DNA of 21,448 nt from Candidatus Fervidifonticultor quintus (GTDB lineage Bacteria > Sysuimicrobiota > Sysuimicrobiia > Sysuimicrobiales > Humicultoraceae): positions 1 to 21,448 of the forward strand of contig JAVKIJ010000054.1 of NCBI GenBank assembly GCA_031459535.1. Direction: 5' to 3'. Positions 1-6,824 of the stretch are shown here, piece by piece. The position numbers and the translations under genes are program-made. Numbering within the stretch: the first letter of the stretch is position 1; each line of letters opens with the position of its first letter. The notes under the pieces are model-generated. The model did not search any database, was not told where the DNA came from, and saw only the letters and a list, made by a program, of their open reading frames with translations.

Positions 1-87
1 CTGCTGGCTCTTCGTGAGGCCGTCAAAGTGATCTTCGAGCCGACGCTGAAAGCGCTCGAGGGTTTCCACGGGGAAACTCCTCCGTGA
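1..87 (+). CDS. 3' end of an unidentified CDS (partial, runs in from the left edge)
   Basis: Frame 1 is open from base 1: LLALREAVKVIFEPTLKALEGFHGETPP, then TGA at 85-87. Third codon positions are GC-rich and an AT-richer intergenic stretch follows. Too short to assign a family. Confidence 0.55.
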   Translation: MLALREAVKVIFEPTLKALEGFHGETPP

Positions 88-263
88 AAGATTATCATAC
101 AAGATCAGAAAATCTGCAATCATTCCTTCAACTGCTCGGCCGTGCTCGGGCCACCGTGTAGATCTCGGTGGTCGCCGTAACATTAAAAAAGAGGTCCACA
201 TCACCGGCGCAAGGGATGCAGACGTTCGGATGGAAGTCTGGCCGGGGGGACAGGAGGCGAGTG

Positions 264-1079
264 GTGGTGTTGGGGGCCTCGGGTCTTGCGCGAAGTGCGG
301 TGGTGATCCTGGTCGCGGCCGCGTGCGCCCTCGGCGCGCAGGCGCCGTCGGCGTCGGCGAACGGCCTGACGCTGACGGTCCTCTACGACAACAACCCGTT
401 CGACCCGCGGTTGACGACGGCCGATGGGTTCTCCGTCTTGATCGAGGGACTCCAGCGCAGGATCCTCTTTGATACAGGAGGCAGTGGCGCGATCCTGCTG
501 AGGAATATGGGGCTGTTGAGCATTGATCCCCGGCAGATTGATATCGTCGTGCTTTCCCACATTCACAACGACCATGTCGGGGGGCTGGCCGGGCTCCTGG
601 GCCAGGCGGGTTCCGTCAGGGTATACGTGCTCTCATCGTTTCCGCTGGAGTTCAAGCAGCGGGTGCGCCAGGCTGGCGCGGATGTCGTGGAGGTCTCGGG
701 ACCGACCGAGATCACAGACGGCGCTCACTCCACCGGGGAACTCGGAGTCGCCATCAAAGAGCAGGCCCTCGTCCTCAAGACCGCCGCGGGGCTGGTCGTC
801 ATCACCGGTTGTGCCCATCCGGGCGTGGTGAACATGGTCGCCAGGGCGCAAGCGGCGCTGGGCGGCGAGGTCCGTTTGGTGATGGGAGGTTTCCACCAGC
901 GCGGGATGAAGGCGGACGTCATCCTCGAGGTCATCGCGAGGCTCAAGGCCCAGGGGGTCAGGCAGGTGGGACCGGGCCACTGTTCAGGCGACCTCAGCCG
1001 CCGACTGTTTCGCGAGGCCTACGGGGAGGATTTTATCGAGATCGGTGTCGGGAGGGTGCTGCGGCTCGCCGACGGATAA
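264..1079 (+). CDS. MBL-fold metallo-hydrolase (COG1237 / DHPS-like MBL family) with probable N-terminal signal peptide
   Basis: Motifs TVLYDN, GFSVLIE, LFDTG, SHIHNDH (HxHxDH), TGCAHPG, MGGFH and PGHCSG. The start is placed in the GTG run at 261-269, behind AGGAGG (252-257), rather than at 168. A hydrophobic stretch ending A-S-A precedes the catalytic domain. Confidence 0.85.
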   Translation: MVLGASGLARSAVVILVAAACALGAQAPSASANGLTLTVLYDNNPFDPRLTTADGFSVLIEGLQRRILFDTGGSGAILLRNMGLLSIDPRQIDIVVLSHIHNDHVGGLAGLLGQAGSVRVYVLSSFPLEFKQRVRQAGADVVEVSGPTEITDGAHSTGELGVAIKEQALVLKTAAGLVVITGCAHPGVVNMVARAQAALGGEVRLVMGGFHQRGMKADVILEVIARLKAQGVRQVGPGHCSGDLSRRLFREAYGEDFIEIGVGRVLRLADG

Positions 1080-1085
1080 CCGACG

Positions 1086-1910
1086 ATGCGATTGGTCATC
1101 CTGGCGGTCTCGGACGCCTCGGGCGAGACGGCAGAGCGCGTCGTGCAGTCTGCGCTCGTCCAGTTCCACCAAGCCCCTGCGACCGTGATCCGCCGGGGCG
1201 GGGTGCGCACGTCCCGGGCGCTGCGGGCGGTCGTGCGAGAAGCCGCCGGCAGGGATGCCATCATCGTGCACACCCTGGTCTCAGACGGGCTGCGCCGATT
1301 GATGCTGGCCGAGTGCCGCGCCCGCGGGGTGGACGCCCTGGACTTGATGGGGCCGGTGCTGGACCGCCTCGCCACGCACCTGAAGGTCAAGCCCCGGGAA
1401 AAGCCGGGCCTGTTCCGGCAACTGGTGGAAGCCCGCTCGCGGGAGATCGAGGCGGTGGACTTCGCCTTTCGCCACGACGACGGCCAGAACGCAGACGGCC
1501 TGCGGCGCGCAGAGGTCGTTCTGGTGGGTGTGTCGCGGACGATGAAGACGCCCACGGCTCTCTATCTCGCCTACCGGGGTTGGTTCGCCGCCAACGTGCC
1601 TCTGGTCCCAGGGGTCCCGCCATCGCCGGAGCTACTGGCCCTACCAGCCAGGCGGGTCATCGCGCTCACCATCAGTCCCGCCCGGCTGCGCGAGTTGCGG
1701 CTGGCCCGCGCGAATCACCTGGGCGTGTCCGCGGAGGCGTATACTTCCCTTGCCAGGATCCGGGAGGAGCTCCGCTACGCCCAGAACCTGGCTGCGCGCC
1801 ATCACTGGCGGCAGGTCGACGTCACCAGCAAGTCGGTAGAAGAGGTGGCGCGAGAGGTGGCCCTGCTGCTTCCGGCAGAGAGGGTGACCGTGCAGGCGGG
1901 GAGCCGGTAG
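1086..1910 (+). CDS. ppsR: PEP synthase / pyruvate,phosphate dikinase regulatory protein (kinase/pyrophosphorylase, DUF299)
   Basis: VSDASGETAE N-terminus, EAVDFAFRHDDG, P-loop-like LVGVSRTMKTPTALYLA, ANVPLV, DVTSKSVEE. Length is 274 aa and it starts 6 nt after the MBL gene. Confidence 0.92.
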   Translation: MRLVILAVSDASGETAERVVQSALVQFHQAPATVIRRGGVRTSRALRAVVREAAGRDAIIVHTLVSDGLRRLMLAECRARGVDALDLMGPVLDRLATHLKVKPREKPGLFRQLVEARSREIEAVDFAFRHDDGQNADGLRRAEVVLVGVSRTMKTPTALYLAYRGWFAANVPLVPGVPPSPELLALPARRVIALTISPARLRELRLARANHLGVSAEAYTSLARIREELRYAQNLAARHHWRQVDVTSKSVEEVAREVALLLPAERVTVQAGSR

Positions 1911-1928
1911 GGGGTCCCGGCGGCGCGC

Positions 1929-3203
1929 CTACCGAGAGCGCGGCAACGAAGCGGGGCGGGCGAGGGAGAGCGTCAGCAGGCTTCCGGGTAGCGGCAGGAG
2001 GCTCACCGCGGTCAGGACGGGGAGGATTCCGAACGACTGCGCCAGCGCGCTGACCGGCCCCACCACCAGACCGCCGATGCCCATGCTCACGCCCAGCATC
2101 ATGCCTGCCGCGAGGCTTGTGTGCGTGGGCAGCAGGCTCTGGGCCTCCACCGTCACCAGCGACGACGAACCCAGCAGTGCGCCGCCGCCCAGGGCCAGGA
2201 ACACCATCGTCGCTGGCCCGGTGGACGCGATCGCGGCGAGGAACAGGGGCGTGGCGATCGCGAACGAGACGAACAGCACCTGCCGGCGGCCGTAGCGGTC
2301 GGAGAGATAGCCTCCGACCATGCCCCCCAGGGCTCCCGAGAAGAGCATCACTGAAATGGCCGCCGCGCCCTCCGTGGCAGGGGCACCCCGTGCCCGGTAC
2401 AGAAACGGCAGCAGGGCCAGCATGCAGTGCAGCAGCGTGGCCCGCGACATGATCAGGCCCATCAGGCGCACCAGGCCCCCGAGGTTGCGGCGCAGCACGT
2501 CGTTCAGCCCGGCCGGCGCGGCCGCGCGCTGCGCCAGCCGCCAGTGCCACGGGACGACCCAGACCAACGCCAGCGACACGAGCAGCGCGGGGACCACCGT
2601 GAGGGCCACCCACGGCAGCCCGGCCCGGACGGCCACGAACGCGGCGACCATGGGGCCGATGGCCTGTCCGGCCTGTCCGGCCATGATGTAGATCGCCATG
2701 CGCGTCCCCTTGCGGTCACCGGACAGCAGGTGGACGAATCCCGCGGACTGGGGGTGGAAGGCGGCGGACCCGAATCCGTGCAGTGCCGTGACCAGCACGA
2801 GCCAGAAGTACGATGGGGCCACACCCAGCAGGGCGGACCCCAGGGCCGCGCACGCGAGCCCGACGGCCGCCACGGCGCGCAGGCGCGTGCTGTCGGCCAC
2901 ATAGCCAAACACAGGTTGGAGCAGGGACCCGGTGATGGTGGAGATCGAGATGAGCAGACCCGCCTTGCCCAGCGACAGACGGTGGGCGTCCGCCAGCAGC
3001 GGCAGCAATGCCGGCAGGTAGTTGTTGTACAGGTCGTTAGTGAAGTGCGCGGCCATCAACCACGCCAGCGCGCCAGCAGCCGGTGCCGCAAGCGCGGGCG
3101 CCGTCGGGGCCCATGCCGCCTCCAGAGGCGCCGCTGGCGCGCCGAGGTCCGTCACGACAGGCGCCCGCAGTCCCTGGTCCTCGTGCCGGCTCGTGGTCGT
3201 CAT
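1929..3203 (-). CDS. MFS transporter, Fsr (fosmidomycin-resistance)-like
   Basis: About 12 hydrophobic segments. AHFTNDLY..LPALLP, LQPVFGYVAD, GSAAFHPQ and GGYLSDRYGRR (MFS motif A repeat) are typical of Fsr-like MFS proteins. Confidence 0.88.
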   Translation of the reverse strand: MTTTSRHEDQGLRAPVVTDLGAPAAPLEAAWAPTAPALAAPAAGALAWLMAAHFTNDLYNNYLPALLPLLADAHRLSLGKAGLLISISTITGSLLQPVFGYVADSTRLRAVAAVGLACAALGSALLGVAPSYFWLVLVTALHGFGSAAFHPQSAGFVHLLSGDRKGTRMAIYIMAGQAGQAIGPMVAAFVAVRAGLPWVALTVVPALLVSLALVWVVPWHWRLAQRAAAPAGLNDVLRRNLGGLVRLMGLIMSRATLLHCMLALLPFLYRARGAPATEGAAAISVMLFSGALGGMVGGYLSDRYGRRQVLFVSFAIATPLFLAAIASTGPATMVFLALGGGALLGSSSLVTVEAQSLLPTHTSLAAGMMLGVSMGIGGLVVGPVSALAQSFGILPVLTAVSLLPLPGSLLTLSLARPASLPRSR

Positions 3204-3215
3204 CTGGACGGTCGT

Positions 3216-3779
3216 CTACTTCTTGAGCTTCGAGATCTTCGACCCCTCCAGCGTCAGGTTGTACATGAGACCCTTCTGGCCGATCACGAACCCCACGATG
3301 GGTTGATTGATCTTCGTGGTGTCAATGGACGTGCCAGCGCCCAGGTCGATGAGCACCACCGACCCGTCGACGCCCACCTGCCAGCCCTGACTCGCCTGGA
3401 ACTTCCGGAGGGCCTCGTCCTGCAGAAACACGATGACGATGTCCTTCTTCTGAGCCCCAAGCTGTAGCCCGATGGAGGCCGACGCGATGCTGTAGTAGGC
3501 GACGGTCCGACCCCGGATCCGCAGGGCGCCTTCGCCGTATTCCCCGCCCACGCCGATGCCGGCCTTGATGACCCCCGCGAACACGAGCACGCCCTTGGCG
3601 GTACGCAGGAGCTCGCGGGATCCCTTCACTTGGGCTGTGAACCGGTCCAGGACCGCGTTGACACTCGCGTTGATCTCCTGCGCTGTCTTGGCGTGTGAGG
3701 CGCCGGACAGCACCAGGCTGCTCAACAGGCACAGACACGTCGACCAGACGAGACTGGTAGCAAACCTCCCGGCTCTCAT
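3216..3779 (-). CDS. Ysc84/SYLF-domain (lipid-binding) exported protein
   Basis: AKGVLVF..VIKAGIGVGGEYGEGAL, SIASASIGLQLGAQ, GWQVGVDGSV, KGLMYNLTLEGSKI. ATG at 3779 is preceded by AAGGAGG. The signal-peptide-like N-terminus ends ASHA. Confidence 0.88.
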   Translation of the reverse strand: MRAGRFATSLVWSTCLCLLSSLVLSGASHAKTAQEINASVNAVLDRFTAQVKGSRELLRTAKGVLVFAGVIKAGIGVGGEYGEGALRIRGRTVAYYSIASASIGLQLGAQKKDIVIVFLQDEALRKFQASQGWQVGVDGSVVLIDLGAGTSIDTTKINQPIVGFVIGQKGLMYNLTLEGSKISKLKK

Positions 3780-3840
3780 TGCCGTTGCCTCCTTCGAGTG
3801 CACCGCCCGTGGCGTGTTGGGACCACGCGGCTACTTCCTC

Positions 3841-4845
3841 TCAGCCCATCGGCCTCCCTTCCGTGTCCGTGTCCCTCTCCGTGGGGAGGTGGATGGCAGG
3901 CAGAGCACGTTCTATTGTCGCCCGCTGTGGCTCCAGCCACGGCGCCAGCACCAGCCGGCTCCCCAGCGCCCCGGCGTCTTCGTCAACGGTGAACCCCGGG
4001 CCATCGGTCGCGATCTCAAACAGCGCGCCTCCCGGCTCGTTGAAGTAGATCGAGTGGAACCAGAACCGGTCGATGACCGGGCTCGTCGGCACCCCCGATG
4101 CGTTCAGCGCTGCGAACCAGCGCTGCTGGGTATCCGCGTCCGGCGTCCGCCATGCCACGTGGTGGATAGAGCCGACCGCGACGGACCCGCGCGAGCGCGC
4201 AGGAGCCAAGACCACGTCGAGCAGCGCCCCGGACTGCCCGGGACCGGTCCCGAACCGGAGACGGCGGCGGTCATCCTTCAACAGCCGAAATCCCATGCGG
4301 TCGGCCAGGAAGGCGGCGGTCTCGTCAGGTGAGGCTGCCATCGTGGTCACCGCGTGCACTCCGCGAATCTGGAACTGGGGCGGCACCGGGCCAAGCGCCC
4401 ATGGACGCCACGGCTCCCGCTCGCCCGTGTCCGGGCCGGCCACGAGCTCGACGGGCATGCCCTCGGGATCCGACAACGCGATCACGTCCTCGTCCAGCCG
4501 CTGGGCCGGTGCGTGATGGTCGACGCCCAGGGCGCGCAGGCGGTCGAGCCAGTACGAAACCGCCGTGGGCGGGATGGCCAGGGCCACCGCTACCCATTGA
4601 CCGGCGCCCGCGCTCCCGCGGCGTCCTCGGGGCCAGGCGAAGAAGGTCAGTTCGGTGCCGGGGTGCCCCAGCGCATCGCCGTAGAACAGGTGATAAGTTC
4701 CCGGATCGTCCTGATTGACCGTGCGCTTGACCAGCCGCAGGCCCAGCACCCCGGTGTAGAAGTCGACGTTGACCTGCGGGTCTTTGGCGATGGCGGTGAC
4801 GTGGTGGATGCCGTCCAATGCTTTCGCCGCGGTTGGTGTGGTCAT
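3841..4845 (-). CDS. Ring-cleaving dioxygenase, glyoxalase/VOC family (MhqO/MhqA/PcpA-like)
   Basis: GIHHVTAIA, LGLRLVKRTVNQDDPGTYHLFY, GTELTFF, GSIHHVAWR, DRFWFHSIYFNEPGGALFEIATDGPGF (His/His/Glu metal ligands). AGGAGG lies upstream of the ATG. Confidence 0.92.
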   Translation of the reverse strand: MTTPTAAKALDGIHHVTAIAKDPQVNVDFYTGVLGLRLVKRTVNQDDPGTYHLFYGDALGHPGTELTFFAWPRGRRGSAGAGQWVAVALAIPPTAVSYWLDRLRALGVDHHAPAQRLDEDVIALSDPEGMPVELVAGPDTGEREPWRPWALGPVPPQFQIRGVHAVTTMAASPDETAAFLADRMGFRLLKDDRRRLRFGTGPGQSGALLDVVLAPARSRGSVAVGSIHHVAWRTPDADTQQRWFAALNASGVPTSPVIDRFWFHSIYFNEPGGALFEIATDGPGFTVDEDAGALGSRLVLAPWLEPQRATIERALPAIHLPTERDTDTEGRPMG

Positions 4846-4979
4846 GTGTGCCTCCTGAGTGGCGAACTGACCGCGCCGGGCACCTCTGCCCGCGCATTCA
4901 GGCTCAACGCCTCCCGGGTCGCATTCCTTCCGCCCCGCAAGATCTGCGTGTTCGCCGACAGGTTGTTCGCGCGCGAAAC

Positions 4980-5936
4980 CTACGGGAGTGCCTCGTTCAG
5001 GAACACCGTGACATCACGGCGAATCCGCTCCGGCTCCCCCACCGCGTAGTAGACGCCCTGGATGACGGCCGGCCTCCCCCAGACCACCAGCGTCCGCACG
5101 TCATCGGCCGGCACAACACTCAGCACCCCCGCCAGGCGCAGGATCTCCGCAACGGAGAGGTTTGTCTGTACCAGCCGCATCAGGTCGGGGAGTACGCGTG
5201 GCAGTCTCGCCAGCGTGCGCGGCGTCCGCCACTGGTTCAGCGCCACGCGGAGCAGTTGCTGGTGGCGCGCGATGCGGCCGAGATCCCCGCGGCCGTCGCC
5301 CCGATAGCGGACATACTGGAGCGCGCGATCGCCGTCCAGGTGCTGGGGACCCGGCTGGAGATCGATGACCAGACCCGCAGCCCGGTCGACGTAGTACATG
5401 CGCCGCTCTATGGTGTAGTCCAAGCCACCGAGCTGGTCCACGATCCTCCCGAACGCCTGGTAGTTGATGACCGCGTACCAGTCCACGGTCAGGTCCAGGA
5501 GTGCCTCGACCGTGCGCACGACCAGCGCCGCGCCGCCGTAGGCATAGGCCGCGTTGATCTTGTCCCACCCGCGGCCCGCAAGCTGCACCCGCAGATCCCG
5601 AGGGATGGAGATCAGGGCGATGCGCGGCGGATCCAGCGTGATGCTCGCGAGTACCAGCGCGTCCGCTCGCCGGCTGCCCGCCACGTCGTCCACGCCGATC
5701 AGCAGCAGATGACGTCGGGGGGACTCAGATGGTGTGGCTGGCGCAGCAGGTGGCTGAGGCGCCTGGCCCGCACCGGGCCGTAGCATCCCTTCCAGCCAGG
5801 TCCCGGCCAGGTCGGGTTCCGGGGCGGGCTCGCCTCCGGGTTCCGGTGCCGGTAGGGGCACCGCCGACAGCGCCGCGATCACAATGAGGGCTGCTAGTGC
5901 GGCGCGGCGAGCGGCGGGACGGTGCTGGTCCGTCAT
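4980..5936 (-). CDS. LCP (LytR-CpsA-Psr) family glycopolymer transferase
   Basis: N-terminal hydrophobic anchor and Pro-rich linker, then LLIGVD, RADAL, SIPRD, KINAAYAYGG, ALQYVRYR and DLGRIARHQ (conserved Arg residues). Confidence 0.92.
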   Translation of the reverse strand: MTDQHRPAARRAALAALIVIAALSAVPLPAPEPGGEPAPEPDLAGTWLEGMLRPGAGQAPQPPAAPATPSESPRRHLLLIGVDDVAGSRRADALVLASITLDPPRIALISIPRDLRVQLAGRGWDKINAAYAYGGAALVVRTVEALLDLTVDWYAVINYQAFGRIVDQLGGLDYTIERRMYYVDRAAGLVIDLQPGPQHLDGDRALQYVRYRGDGRGDLGRIARHQQLLRVALNQWRTPRTLARLPRVLPDLMRLVQTNLSVAEILRLAGVLSVVPADDVRTLVVWGRPAVIQGVYYAVGEPERIRRDVTVFLNEALP

Positions 5937-6700
5937 CGGGCTCGCCCGTCAGCGCACAGCTCGGCGCGGGCGTCACGCGCGCGGGCCTCGCGGGCCAGCC
6001 GGCGGGCCTGTCGGAGCGGCTCAGGCGTGCGCGCGGCCCGCATCAGGTCCCAGACCACGCTTGCGGCGGTCGCGGCGTCGGTGCGCCAGGCTGCGTGCAC
6101 GGCGAGGGGCCGCACACCGGCCCGTGGACGAACCCAGTAGCCCACCACGACCGGTTCCGGCGTATCGGCGAGGAGGAGCGGGCTCCGGGCGCCAGCGCGA
6201 TCCTCGGGCCAGGCTCCGGTGGCGACCAGTGTGCGCGAGGTGATCCCGATCGTCGGCACGCCCAGCCTCGCGCCCAGGTGCAGCGCCAGGCCCGCACGCC
6301 TGGGGTGGTCTCGGCCCGTGGCGTTGACGAGCAGGACCTCGGGTACCCCGGCCAGCCTGCGCACCGCTTCCTCCAGCAGCGGCCCCTCCCGCAAGGCGAG
6401 GAGACCGGGCTGGTAGGGGCCGCCTGCGGGTCCCTGCGCGACGACCGCGTCTGCGAGCCGTTCATGGATCAGGAATACCGCGGCAGCCCAGCCGGCGTCG
6501 CCCGCCTCACCTGGACCGGACCTGCCGCGCCGGAAGCACACAAAGCACGCGGCCACGCTGGACGGCTGGCGGCGAGGATGCCACCCGTCCGGTGATGCGT
6601 GACCGAGCCGCACCTGCGTGGCAATGAGTTCCTCGGCCGACGCCGCCCACGGCAGCAGGCGTCCGACAGGAGCGGTCCCATTGAGGCGCACGTACCGCAT
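5933..6700 (-). CDS. nfi: Endonuclease V family protein with a degenerate active site
   Basis: PYQPGLLALREGP (PYIP wedge plus Glu), LLVNATGRDHPRRAGLALHLG, PTIGIT, PEPLRQA. The likely start is ATG 6700 rather than 6796. The stop overlaps the LCP start (ATGA). Confidence 0.85.
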   Translation of the reverse strand: MRYVRLNGTAPVGRLLPWAASAEELIATQVRLGHASPDGWHPRRQPSSVAACFVCFRRGRSGPGEAGDAGWAAAVFLIHERLADAVVAQGPAGGPYQPGLLALREGPLLEEAVRRLAGVPEVLLVNATGRDHPRRAGLALHLGARLGVPTIGITSRTLVATGAWPEDRAGARSPLLLADTPEPVVVGYWVRPRAGVRPLAVHAAWRTDAATAASVVWDLMRAARTPEPLRQARRLAREARARDARAELCADGRAR

Positions 6701-6713
6701 GGGCTTCCACCAG

Positions 6714-6722
6714 TGATATAAC
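6714..6722 (+). promoter_or_regulatory. Candidate extended -10 promoter element (TGaTATAAc) in the divergent nfi / beta-propeller intergenic region
   Basis: The most AT-rich patch in a very GC-rich divergent gap. It matches TGnTATAAT except for the last base. No clear -35 element. Confidence 0.4.
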
Positions 6723-6763
6723 ACGCCGCCGTGGGGATGCGCGCAGCGGCAGGATGCGTGGCC

Positions 6764-6784
6764 GCCCCGGGAGAAACCCGGGGC
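6764..6784. repeat. Perfect 8-bp inverted repeat / hairpin GCCCCGGG-AGAAA-CCCGGGGC
   Basis: Directly visible. A third copy of the arm (GCCCCGGG) lies at 6805-6812, next to the RBS. Confidence 0.7.
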
Positions 6785-6824
6785 GAGCGGGTTCATTACG
6801 AAGTGCCCCGGGGGGAGGCGACCG

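Noticed and set aside
168-263. Longer N-terminus of the MBL ORF (GTG 168)
   Set aside because: It crosses an AT-rich intergenic-like stretch, and a better RBS and start exist at 252-269.
809-2053. 414-aa alternative-frame ORF, and similar long ORFs (2427-3467, 4818-5783, 11155-12159, 14937-16487, 19767-21209)
   Set aside because: They are Arg/Gly/Pro-rich or antisense shadows of well-supported genes, as expected in high-GC DNA, and have no recognisable motifs.
2661-2682. Short tandem repeat (GGCCTGTCC)x2
   Set aside because: It encodes GQAGQA inside the MFS gene, in frame, with only two copies.
6701-6796. N-terminal extension MNPLAPGFSRGG.. of the EndoV ORF
   Set aside because: It is a translation of the intergenic hairpin and promoter region. 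The EndoV-like sequence begins after 6700.
6755-6800. Formal IS200/IS605 element call
   Set aside because: There is no tnpA/tnpB, no left end, no GAA(G/T) guide before the hairpin and only one copy in the window. It is kept only as an alternative hypothesis.
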